Of a stretch of 33,877 bases of DNA, positions 25,164 through 32,845 are shown one piece after another. The translations under genes and the position numbers were made by a program. This stretch comes from Mycobacteriales bacterium (GTDB taxonomy: Bacteria > Actinomycetota > Actinomycetes > Mycobacteriales > SCTD01): the NCBI GenBank assembly GCA_038234255.1, contig JBBSUR010000002.1:1-33877 (forward strand). The letters run 5' to 3'. The number at the start of each line of letters is the position of its first letter. The first letter of the stretch is position 1. Under the pieces are notes generated by a model. That model was not told the origin of the DNA. It saw only the letters and a list, made by a program, of their open reading frames with translations, and searched no databases.

Positions 25164-28100
25164 GTGCGCGTACGCATGCTGGGCCTGGTCATGCTGCTGG
25201 CCGCACCGGTTGCCGTCCCGGCGGCGGTTGCCGTCCCTGCGGCTGCGGCGATGGCGCAGGAGCCGGACGCCGTGCCGATGATCACCACCATCGCCGGCTC
25301 ACTCGGAGAAGGGCCGGCCCGCAGCGTCTCGCAGGCCCCTACCGACATCCTGGTCGAGGGCGACCGGATGCTCGTCGCCGACGCGATCTGGGGCGTGATC
25401 CGCGAGACGGACCTGACCAGCGGTGTACAGCGCGTGCTCTACCGGCACCCCGCAGTCCCCGGTCCGCTGGTCGCCGGCGGCGTGACCAGCAACGCCCCCT
25501 TCCCGATGGCGCTCGTCCGGACACCCGACGGGGGTCTCTACGTCTCCCAGACCGCGCAGCACCGCGTCGTGAAGATCGCCCCTGACGGCCAGAGCGCCGT
25601 CGTGGCGGGCGACGGCCGCCGCGGCTACCTCGGCGACGGTGGTCCGGCGACGCAGGCCTCCCTCGCCGAACCCGCGGGCCTGGCGGTGGACCGCGCGGGC
25701 AACCTGCTCATCGCCGACGCGGCCAACCACGCAGTGCGCCGGGTAACCCCGGCCGGCACCATCACCACGATCGCCGGATCGGCGACGGTCACTGAGGGGG
25801 GCTGCGATACCCCGGGGACGTGGGACCTGACTCCGGGCAGCCTCTGCCCGACCCGCGGGGACAGCGGTGACGGCGGTCCGGCACAGCAAGCATCGTTGAA
25901 CACCCCGATGCGGATCCGGGTTGCCCCAGGCGGCACGCTGTACGTCGCCGGCGACGGCGATGTCTTCTCGGCGCTGCGGGTGATCGCGCCGGACGGGACC
26001 ATCGACACCGTCGCCGGCGGCGGTGCGGACTTCTACAGCAATCCCTACGCGGACGACTTCTGCGACTACACGGGCGACAGCAACGTCTATCGCTTCGGGG
26101 TCAGCGACGTCGCATTCTTACCCAGCGGGGAACTGCTGGTCGGCGCGGAGCGCTGCGTCTTCCGGTTCGACCCGGTGCGTCGCATCCTTGCGCCGTTCGC
26201 GGGCGGCGGGCAACGACGCGATCAGTTGGACGACGGCGACGGCGGCCCGGCGAACCGCGCAACCCTGTCGCTCGTCCGCTCGCTGGCAACGACGGCGCAG
26301 GGTCGGGTGCTGCTGACAGAGCCGTCGATGGGGCGGGTCCGGCTCATCGACGAGTCAGGCCGCGTCTCGACGTTCGCCGGTGTCACCAGACGGTTACCGA
26401 TCGCGTCACAGACCACGGTGCCGCAGTACGCCGCCGGAAACGGCGGACCGGCGCTCTCGGCGCAGCTTCCAGCGACCACCGGTCTCGCGGTATCCGCCAG
26501 TGGCGGCCTACTGGTCGCCGACCACCTCGACCGGACCGTCCGGCTCGTGGAGACCGACGGTGTCTCCCGCTCCATCGTCGGCGTCGCCGGGGCGTCCGCC
26601 ATCAACGGGTCCATCTCCTTGCCGACCCCGGCAGGTGGCACCTGGCTCAGCGGACCGGACGGCATTGCCGTGGCGCCGGACGGGTCGGTGTACTTCGCCG
26701 ACGACGGTGCGGCGATCCGCCGGATGCGTCCCGACGGCTACGTGGAAAAGATCGCTGGCGGCTATCTGTGCAAGGTGGACTTCGGGGAGGGGGACCCCGC
26801 GCTGGGAACTGAGTTCGGGTACGTAACCGATGTCGCGGTCGGTCCGCAAGGAGGGCTGTACGTCCTTGACGCTTTCCCCGGCCACCTGCGCTTCATCGAC
26901 CGCAGCGGCGACATGCACATCCTGGTCGGGCAGCGCCAGCGTCCCTGTGGAAACGGGACCTGGACTCCCGAGGATTCGCCGCTGTACCTCGCGACAGGCC
27001 TAGCCGTATCCCCCGATGGTTCGGTGTGGGTCACCACACCCGAGTGCCTCAACCGCTGGACTGCCGGCTCCGGTGTGCAGTGCATCGCGCCGCTCGCCCC
27101 CGTGCCCGAGCCGGAGCGGGACCTCCACCGCAACGCCAGCGGCTGGCCGAGCGCCGTCCGACCCGACGTCGTCGTCGATGCCGTGGGAACCGTCACGTTC
27201 ACCGACCCTTACGCACACGCGGTACGACAGCGTGCCGCAGACGGCACCCTCACCACTCTCGCCGGGAACGGGACCAATGCCTGTAGTGCGTCGTCGGCGC
27301 CGGCCCGGTCAGCCGCTCTCGCCATACCGACGCAGCTCGCCCTGCACCCCGACGGGAGTGTCCTCGTGGCGGACGCGGCCTGCCACACCATCCACCGGAT
27401 CGGCCAGCCCGAGCAGCAGACGGTGACCCGCGCCGCAGGACCCGACCGCTTCTCGACTGCCGTGCACGTCTCTCGTTCGGTGTATGCCGACGGCACCGCC
27501 GCTGCCGTCGTCCTCGCCCGCTCTGACGAGTATGCGGACGCACTCACTGGCACACCCCTGGCGGTGCGCGCGGGGGGACCCCTGCTCCTGACGCCATCCA
27601 GCGAGCTCGCGGCATGGCCTGAGTCGGAGCTCCGCCGGGTCCTGCCCCGAGGGCGGACGGTCTACCTGCTCGGCGGTGCGGCGGCGCTCGCGCCCGCGGT
27701 GGACAGCCGCCTGCGCGCGCTCGGCTACCCGGTGGTCCGGCTCGCGGGACGCGACAGGTACGAGACGGCCGTCCAGGTGGCCGAGCGCGGGCTGGGTTCG
27801 CCCGGCAAGATCCTGCTCACGACCGGCGCTGGCTTCGCCGATGCCCTGGGCGCGGCGGCCGCCGCCGCGCGGATCGGCGGCGCCGTGCTGCTGACGGACG
27901 GCGAGCGGTCCGTCGGTCCGACCACCGACTACCTGCGCCGCCACGCTGTCCGCGAGCACTACGCGGTAGGCGGCCCCGCAGCCAAGGCCAGCCCGAGTTC
28001 GCTGCCGATCGCGGGCCTGGACAGGTACGCCACCGCGGCCGCGGTCGCGAGGTGGTTCTTCCCTGCCCCGTCATCTGTCGCTGTGGTGACGGGCGCCAAC

Positions 28101-28301
28101 TTCCCGGATGCGCTGAGCGGCGGTGCGGCGATCGGGACCCGTGCCGGGCCGCTTCTGCTCACGCCGACGGGCAGCCTGGCGCCGAGCACACGGGACTACT
28201 TGATGGCGAAACGTGCCAGTGTCGACAACGTGCTCGTCATCGGCGGGGAGGCCGCCGTCTCCGGCCCGACCCGGGCGGCTGCCGTCGCGGCCACGCGATG
28301 A
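25164..28301 (+). CDS. secreted NHL-repeat beta-propeller protein with three C-terminal CWB2 (cell wall binding repeat 2) domains
   Basis: GTG start 7 nt after GGTGGAG. Signal peptide VRVRMLGLVMLLAAPVAV...AAAMA-QE. About a dozen units of the type GDGGPA..A.L..P.GLAVD..GNLLIAD..NH.VRRV. From about nt 27420 there are three repeats with DRF/YxTA, F/YADAL, PLLLT and GG.AA signatures. Confidence 0.85.
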   Translation: MRVRMLGLVMLLAAPVAVPAAVAVPAAAAMAQEPDAVPMITTIAGSLGEGPARSVSQAPTDILVEGDRMLVADAIWGVIRETDLTSGVQRVLYRHPAVPGPLVAGGVTSNAPFPMALVRTPDGGLYVSQTAQHRVVKIAPDGQSAVVAGDGRRGYLGDGGPATQASLAEPAGLAVDRAGNLLIADAANHAVRRVTPAGTITTIAGSATVTEGGCDTPGTWDLTPGSLCPTRGDSGDGGPAQQASLNTPMRIRVAPGGTLYVAGDGDVFSALRVIAPDGTIDTVAGGGADFYSNPYADDFCDYTGDSNVYRFGVSDVAFLPSGELLVGAERCVFRFDPVRRILAPFAGGGQRRDQLDDGDGGPANRATLSLVRSLATTAQGRVLLTEPSMGRVRLIDESGRVSTFAGVTRRLPIASQTTVPQYAAGNGGPALSAQLPATTGLAVSASGGLLVADHLDRTVRLVETDGVSRSIVGVAGASAINGSISLPTPAGGTWLSGPDGIAVAPDGSVYFADDGAAIRRMRPDGYVEKIAGGYLCKVDFGEGDPALGTEFGYVTDVAVGPQGGLYVLDAFPGHLRFIDRSGDMHILVGQRQRPCGNGTWTPEDSPLYLATGLAVSPDGSVWVTTPECLNRWTAGSGVQCIAPLAPVPEPERDLHRNASGWPSAVRPDVVVDAVGTVTFTDPYAHAVRQRAADGTLTTLAGNGTNACSASSAPARSAALAIPTQLALHPDGSVLVADAACHTIHRIGQPEQQTVTRAAGPDRFSTAVHVSRSVYADGTAAAVVLARSDEYADALTGTPLAVRAGGPLLLTPSSELAAWPESELRRVLPRGRTVYLLGGAAALAPAVDSRLRALGYPVVRLAGRDRYETAVQVAERGLGSPGKILLTTGAGFADALGAAAAAARIGGAVLLTDGERSVGPTTDYLRRHAVREHYAVGGPAAKASPSSLPIAGLDRYATAAAVARWFFPAPSSVAVVTGANFPDALSGGAAIGTRAGPLLLTPTGSLAPSTRDYLMAKRASVDNVLVIGGEAAVSGPTRAAAVAATR

Positions 28302-28486
28302 GCACGCCGCACCTCGTCGCCCTGCCGGGAGCCTGGCTGTCGCTCGAGGAGCCGCTCGTGGCGACGCTGAAGTACCGCGCCTTCTTCGCGGCGCGAGTCG
28401 ACGGGCTGTTCTCCGACAACGCCGACACCGCGCGGCTGGCCCGCCACGAGTTCGTCACCGGGCTGGTCGCGTTTCCGGCGGCGTAG
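28298..28486 (+). CDS. hypothetical 62-aa protein, translationally coupled to the NHL-CWB2 gene
   Basis: ATGA start/stop overlap at 28298-28301. Third-position G+C is very high, as in neighbouring genes. MSTPHLVALPGAWLSLEEPLVATLKYRAFFAARVDGLF...; no family recognised. Confidence 0.45.
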   Translation: MSTPHLVALPGAWLSLEEPLVATLKYRAFFAARVDGLFSDNADTARLARHEFVTGLVAFPAA

Positions 28487-28494
28487 CTCTCAGG

Positions 28495-28815
28495 TCACCG
28501 ATGCCGCCCGGCGCGGCCGCTGACTGCCTCGTTCTTCGACACCAGCGACAGCAGCGCCGGGCCGGCCAGGACCGGCAGCAGGCCGAGCACCGCCAGTGCG
28601 GTCGGCCGATCCGAGCGCACGATCGTCAGCACCGCGGCCAACCCCACCACCGACCCGACGAGCGACAGCGCTCCCCACCGCGCCGCCGCCACGCCTCGGG
28701 CGTCGGCGTTCTGCAACGTCACCACGAACGGCACCAGCGTTACTACCGCCAGCAGCGCCAGACCGACAGCGACGACAACGGTGGCGGCAGCCGTGGCGGC
28801 CAGCAGGTCCAACAC
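28495..28815 (-). CDS. hypothetical small 3-TM membrane protein coupled to the prenyltransferase gene
   Basis: GTG at 28815 (or TTG at 28821 overlapping the upstream TGA). Three hydrophobic segments and high third-position G+C. The upstream part of the 248-aa track ORF is out-of-frame overlap with the prenyltransferase. Confidence 0.5.
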   Translation of the reverse strand: MLDLLAATAAATVVVAVGLALLAVVTLVPFVVTLQNADARGVAAARWGALSLVGSVVGLAAVLTIVRSDRPTALAVLGLLPVLAGPALLSLVSKNEAVSGRAGRHR

Positions 28816-28817
28816 GG

Positions 28818-29894
28818 TCAACCCCCGAGCGGCAGGCCGATGTCGGCCACTGCCGCGACGGCCAGGCCGAGCACCAGCAGGCCGCCGGCGCGGCGGATGT
28901 GCACGAAGCAGATGGCGGCGAACCACAGCGGCCACACCGGGAACCCCGGCGGCGGCTCTGCGGGACGCGCTCGGCGCAGCGCCTCCGCCACTTTGCGCAG
29001 CAGCGGCAGGCCGGCGGCGACGACCAACGCCGGCCAGGGCAGCGCGCTGACCGCGACGGCGCCTCCCGTCATGGCGTAGAAGCCGACGAGCAGGCAGAGC
29101 GTGGCGGACCGGGCCCGGCGCTCGCCGAGCATCACCGGCACGGTGCGGGTGCCCGTCGGCTCGTCGTACGGGATCTTGTCGATGTGCTTGCCCATGAGCA
29201 CCGTCGTACACAGCAGGCCATACGGGACGGAGGCCGCCCACACCTGCCAGGGCAGCTCACCGACCGCCGAGAAGTAGGTCCCTGCGATCATCAAGGGTCC
29301 CCAGGTCAGGAAGACGTCGAGCTCACCGAATCCGCGCTTCTTCAGGCGCAGCGGCGGTGCGGTGTAGGCGATCGACAAGGCGATGCCAGTCACCGCGAAC
29401 GCCACGACCCACCAGCCACGCTGGGTGGCGAGCACCACCATGATGACGAAGCAGGCGAGGTTCAGGCCGATCACGGCCAGCCCCAGCTGCTTGCGCCGAA
29501 ACATGCCCGACAGGATCGGATGCGGGGCGTAGAGCGCCCGCGGGGAGGCCGACGTATCGAGCCCGACATCGGTGTCCGACAGGTCGTTCATGATGTTGTT
29601 GCAGACGTGCGACAGGGTGATCCCGAGCAGCGCCAAAAGGTAGAGCGGCCAGGAGAAGCCCTCGGCCCGGACGGCCAGCAAACCGGCGACGAGCCCGGCG
29701 AGCAGCGTCATCGGCAGGACTGCGGCGCGGGTGACGACGAGCCACTTCGTCACCGCGTCGAGGGTGCGCGGGTCTCGGTCCGGCGGCGGGTTGCTGGTGC
29801 GCAGGGCGTACGCCCAGGCCCCGATCCGGCCGGGGCCCGGTGGCGCCAGCAACCGACGGGCGCGGGTGCTCGTCCGGCTGGCCACACTCATCAT
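28818..29894 (-). CDS. UbiA-family (MenA-like) integral membrane prenyltransferase
   Basis: The ATG at 29894 was chosen where third-position G+C rises. First Asp-rich motif NNIMNDLSDTD, second motif GKHIDKIPYDEPTGTRTVPVMLG, about 8-9 TM helices. Confidence 0.8.
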   Translation of the reverse strand: MMSVASRTSTRARRLLAPPGPGRIGAWAYALRTSNPPPDRDPRTLDAVTKWLVVTRAAVLPMTLLAGLVAGLLAVRAEGFSWPLYLLALLGITLSHVCNNIMNDLSDTDVGLDTSASPRALYAPHPILSGMFRRKQLGLAVIGLNLACFVIMVVLATQRGWWVVAFAVTGIALSIAYTAPPLRLKKRGFGELDVFLTWGPLMIAGTYFSAVGELPWQVWAASVPYGLLCTTVLMGKHIDKIPYDEPTGTRTVPVMLGERRARSATLCLLVGFYAMTGGAVAVSALPWPALVVAAGLPLLRKVAEALRRARPAEPPPGFPVWPLWFAAICFVHIRRAGGLLVLGLAVAAVADIGLPLGG

Positions 29895-30153
29895 CCGACG
29901 GTAGCCCGGCTCGCTGGCTGGAGCCGAGTCGGTCGGGATCTCGCGATGCCTCTGCGACCGATCATGGCCAGATCTGGCTCGCCGTGAGACGCTCGATCTT
30001 TCGGGTCCGGTGCCGCTTCGAGCGGCGGGTGGCACCAGTGCATCGCGTACGCCTCGCCGCCTCGAGGACCGACAGACGTCGACAAGCGACCGTTTGGGAT
30101 CGGTCAAGTCTTCCGGACTGTCGGGCACACGTGCCTGCGCCACCGTGAAGTAG

Positions 30154-30732
30154 TTGGCAAAGGCCTCGACGTCAGCCAGCAGCCAGCAGCCAGGCCTCTA
30201 CCGCGCGGACGGCCAATCTCAGACACAGCGCGGGACTTTGCGGGACGGTCAGGAGCGCCTGCCGCAGTCCGGCTGGGCCGCCGTCCGCATCGCGTTCAGA
30301 GTCGCGAAGGGCCAGCCAACTACCATGCCGCGCAGCCTGATTGCGCTTGGTCAGTCGAGCGGTGCCGTGCTGATGTGGGTGCCGCTGTCGCTGCGCGCCG
30401 AACGCTTGGGCGTGCTGGAAGTGCGCTTCGACGCCCAGCCGGCGCAGGCCGACCTGCTGCGCGGCCTCCAGGAAGTCGCTCTCACCGTCGCCTACGTCCT
30501 GTGCTGTTCTTCACCGACGGCATCATCGAAGCGCACCTCAGCGGCGGCGAGTTGTTCGGCACCCCCGCCTGATCGAGCAGCTCGAGCGCGCGCAAGCAGA
30601 AGGCGGCCCCCCACAGGCCACCGTCACGCGACTGTCCCACGCACTCATGGCCGAACGAGGCGGCACCACCAGCGACGACGCGACCCTGTTCCTGCTCGAA
30701 TGGCGCAACAAGGACCCAGCCACCTCGCCGTG
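30154..30732 (+). pseudogene. remnant of a GAF-domain / PP2C (SpoIIE-family) phosphatase: internal deletion plus frameshift
   Basis: The GAF end LMWVPLSLRAERLGVLEVRF...VALTVAYVL joins directly, out of frame, to the PP2C C-terminus VLFFTDGIIEAHLSGGELFGTP. After a further frameshift it reads RLIEQLERAQAEGGPPQATVTRLSHALMAERGGTTSDDATLFLLEWR. Confidence 0.65.
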
Positions 30733-30796
30733 ATCGACGCCAAGCGCAGCGCCGTACCCGGCCGGTGAGGCTGTTCCATGGGCGGGAGCGCCGGGC

Positions 30797-30872
30797 GACC
30801 GGTGAACGGGCGGCCGGTGAACGGGGGGGCCGGTGAGCGTGCGACCGGTGAGCGTGCGACCGGTGAGCGTGC
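30797..30872. repeat. five-copy tandem repeat, 14-16-nt units, core GACCGGTGAGCGTGC
   Basis: Read directly. Units: GACCGGTGAACGGGCG, GCCGGTGAACGGGGGG, GCCGGTGAGCGTGC, GACCGGTGAGCGTGC, GACCGGTGAGCGTGC. Confidence 0.9.
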
Positions 30873-31067
30873 GTCACGACGGGACGGCCGACGGCCGCGG
30901 GCGGCCGTCCGCGCAGGACACCGGCCGCAGCAGCGGGCAGGACCCGCTTGCCGTGCAGTTCAGCGACCTCGCGGACGCTCCAGCAGCAGGACGACCCGTA
31001 GCGCGCCTTCGCCGAGATCGTGCAGGCCGCGGTCGCGCTCCTCACCGGCTGCGACCAGGCTCGATGA
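30833..31067 (+). pseudogene. N-terminal fragment of a GAF-domain regulator (ANTAR/SpoIIE-type N-terminus) with frameshift and in-frame TAG
   Basis: AVQFSDLADA / LQQQDDP-TAG-RAFAEIVQAAVALLTGCDQA resembles the start of actinobacterial GAF regulators. It is truncated at about 31067. Confidence 0.4.
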
Positions 31068-31360
31068 ACATTGTCGTTGACGGTGACGAGCGCCGTCGCG
31101 AGCGCGATTCGCAGCCAGGGCACTGCCCGAGCTGCGTAGGTCAGCACGACGTGCAGACTGCAGGGTTCACCACGCTCTCGGTGAAGCCGACGGTCATCGT
31201 CAGGATCCCGAGCAGCCCAGCCGCCACGCCCAGGCCGAGAGTGGTCCGCCGCAGCGCCGGGCGCTCGCTCTCGGGGTTGTGGTGGACAGCCGGGACGAGA
31301 GCCAACGCGCACAGCGCCGCGAGGTACCGAGATGATCACGATCCCGCCGAGCCCCGATTG

Positions 31361-31480
31361 CACGCCGCGCAGTGAGGCTCGCTGCTCCGGGTCAAGCCCG
31401 TCGTCGGCTCGTCGAGGATCAGCAGGTCGGGACGGCCGATCAGCGATTGCGCCACCCGCGAGCCGCATCGCCATGTGGTC
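31361..31480 (-). pseudogene. ABC transporter ATP-binding protein fragment (Walker B / D-loop region)
   Basis: [20 protein letters not shown], then a 1-nt shift into DPEQRASLRGV. No Walker A or complete signature motif was found around it. Confidence 0.55.
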
Positions 31481-31557
31481 AAGGTCGGTGAGGAACGTCG
31501 CCGAGGACAGCCCACCGGGCTTCGGCCTCGACTGCACGTAGAAGGTGTCGCGCCGTT

Positions 31558-31731
31558 CACAGACTGCCGCTCGGGCAACCGACCCTGCGACGTCGGATCA
31601 AGCGCGGGAGCTTCGCTGCGCTGGATCAGCGGATCGGGCTGCGTTACGCGATGCCCGGCGTGACCGACGTCGAGGCCCGTGACTACCTCACTCACCACCT
31701 CAAGCTCGTCGGCCGCAGCGAATGCCACTAG
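31558..31731 (+). pseudogene. fragment of an ExeA/TniB-like AAA ATPase (transposition helper), mobile-element remnant
   Basis: GQPTLRRRIKRGSFAALDQRIGLRYAMPGVTDVEARDYLTHHLKLVGRSE matches the conserved C-terminal half of ExeA/TniB-type ATPases as I recall them. There is no Walker A upstream and the fragment ends in a premature stop. Confidence 0.5.
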
Positions 31732-31810
31732 CGCTGGCTTCGGGCCGCAGCTCCGACCGCACGGAACGGCACATTGCCACGGTCACGCAAATGCCAAAGC
31801 TGTCAAGCCG

Positions 31811-32101
31811 TCAGTCATTTACGTGGAGTCCGTACGTCGATCCAGGCGCCTCGTAGCCCCCGCGGCGGGCGAGGATCGTTCGGCGGGCCAGGACCAGCCA
31901 GCACACCTTCGCAACGGCGGAGAGCACGGCAGGGATCCAGTGGCCGAGCAGCAGGGAAGCGGCCGCGGCACAAGCAAAGGCGGTGAGGTTCGCCGCAACG
32001 TCATATGCAGGGGCAACAAAGCTCTTGTTGAGTACGTGCGCGACCGCTATCAGCAGCCCAGAGGCGAACGTGACGGCCAGCAGAAAACTCACCATGGACA
32101 T
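31811..32101 (-). CDS. hypothetical 96-aa membrane protein in a lower-G+C patch
   Basis: The ATG is preceded by GGGAGA. Two or three hydrophobic helices (VSFLLAVTFASGLLIAVAHVL, LTAFACAAAASLLLGHWI). Codon usage is less G+C-biased than in the backbone genes. Confidence 0.45.
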   Translation of the reverse strand: MSMVSFLLAVTFASGLLIAVAHVLNKSFVAPAYDVAANLTAFACAAAASLLLGHWIPAVLSAVAKVCWLVLARRTILARRGGYEAPGSTYGLHVND

Positions 32102-32229
32102 CAGTCTCCCTGCTCGTCCTGGGCTGGCCTATCGGTCACAGCAGGCTCAACTGGGCTGGCAGCGGATCCGCCTGGTGAGCCGATTGCCGACCGAGGAGCG
32201 GCGCTTTTCCACTGTCCAACACCGGCCTG

Positions 32230-32751
32230 GCCCGATCACCCAGCGGCACCTACCCGCCATTTCCGTTTCGTCGATCACCTCGAACAGCGGTTCGGCACTG
32301 TCGATAGCAACCACTGAGTCCGCCCAGGGCGCGTGTTCCGCTGATCGAGTCACAACCGTCCCAGGTCGGCTCGGGGACATGCAGCAGTGGGCGACAACGG
32401 CCTGTCAGTCGCCGTTCGTGTCGTCTGCTTTCCGGCGGGATGAGGACGGCGAGAGCAGCCCCGAAGGCGAAACCGCCGACGCCGGCCGCCCTGTGTCCCG
32501 CGCAGGCTCGCTGTCATTTACCGCAATCGACGATGACGCTCTGACCGATCGCCAGGTTTCTGCTCGCCGATGGCTCCCTCGCCTCGTAGTCGCGACGCCC
32601 GTCCTCCAGCCGGCGAAAGCCCTGCGCCGAGCAGCGCATCCTCCACGGCGTCTATCGACGATGGACCGCCTTCATTTGCACAGCGAGTCCACGAGCGACG
32701 GCGGTCTTCCCCGTTCCCCGTTCCAGGCAGGCCCGAGATGACGATGAGCAT
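32230..32751 (-). pseudogene. P-loop kinase-like ATPase (AAA_33-type), multiply frameshifted
   Basis: MLIVISGLPGTG is interrupted by a 7-nt tandem duplication. Recognisable pieces in different frames are KTAVARGLAVQMKAVH, SIDAVEDALLGAGL, GWRTGVA, GAIGEQ, NLAIGQSVIVD, VNDSEPAR and SAEHAPWADSVVAIDSAEPLFEVIDE. Confidence 0.6.
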
Positions 32752-32845
32752 TAGGCGACGGTAGCGCCCCCCCACGCATCCGCCAGAGCACTCTGACGTT
32801 GAAGATGCTCTCGGGCAGCTCCCCAGTGCTCGGGTCAGCCCGCAG

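Noticed and set aside
25854-25862. RGD tripeptide (CPTRGDSGDGG) in the NHL protein as an integrin-binding motif
   Set aside because: A three-residue motif is expected by chance in a 1045-aa Gly/Asp/Arg-rich protein, and there is no supporting context.
28596-29987. 463-aa plus-strand ORF
   Set aside because: It is antisense to the UbiA prenyltransferase and the small membrane gene, and its product is low-complexity and basic.
29895-30143. 83-codon N-terminal extension of the prenyltransferase ORF
   Set aside because: Third-position G+C drops markedly upstream of the ATG pair at 29894/29891, and the extension is Arg/Ser-rich with no TM segment, so it is treated as 5' non-coding.
30797-30872. 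Possible CRISPR array
   Set aside because: The units are 14-16 nt and directly abutting with no spacers, there are only five copies, and no cas genes are present. It is a simple tandem repeat.
30482-31537. 351-aa minus-strand ORF through the debris field
   Set aside because: It reads through pieces that are recognisably fragments of different genes in different frames and strands (the ABC Walker B is in another frame; the GAF fragment is on the opposite strand). It is a composite open frame, not a gene.
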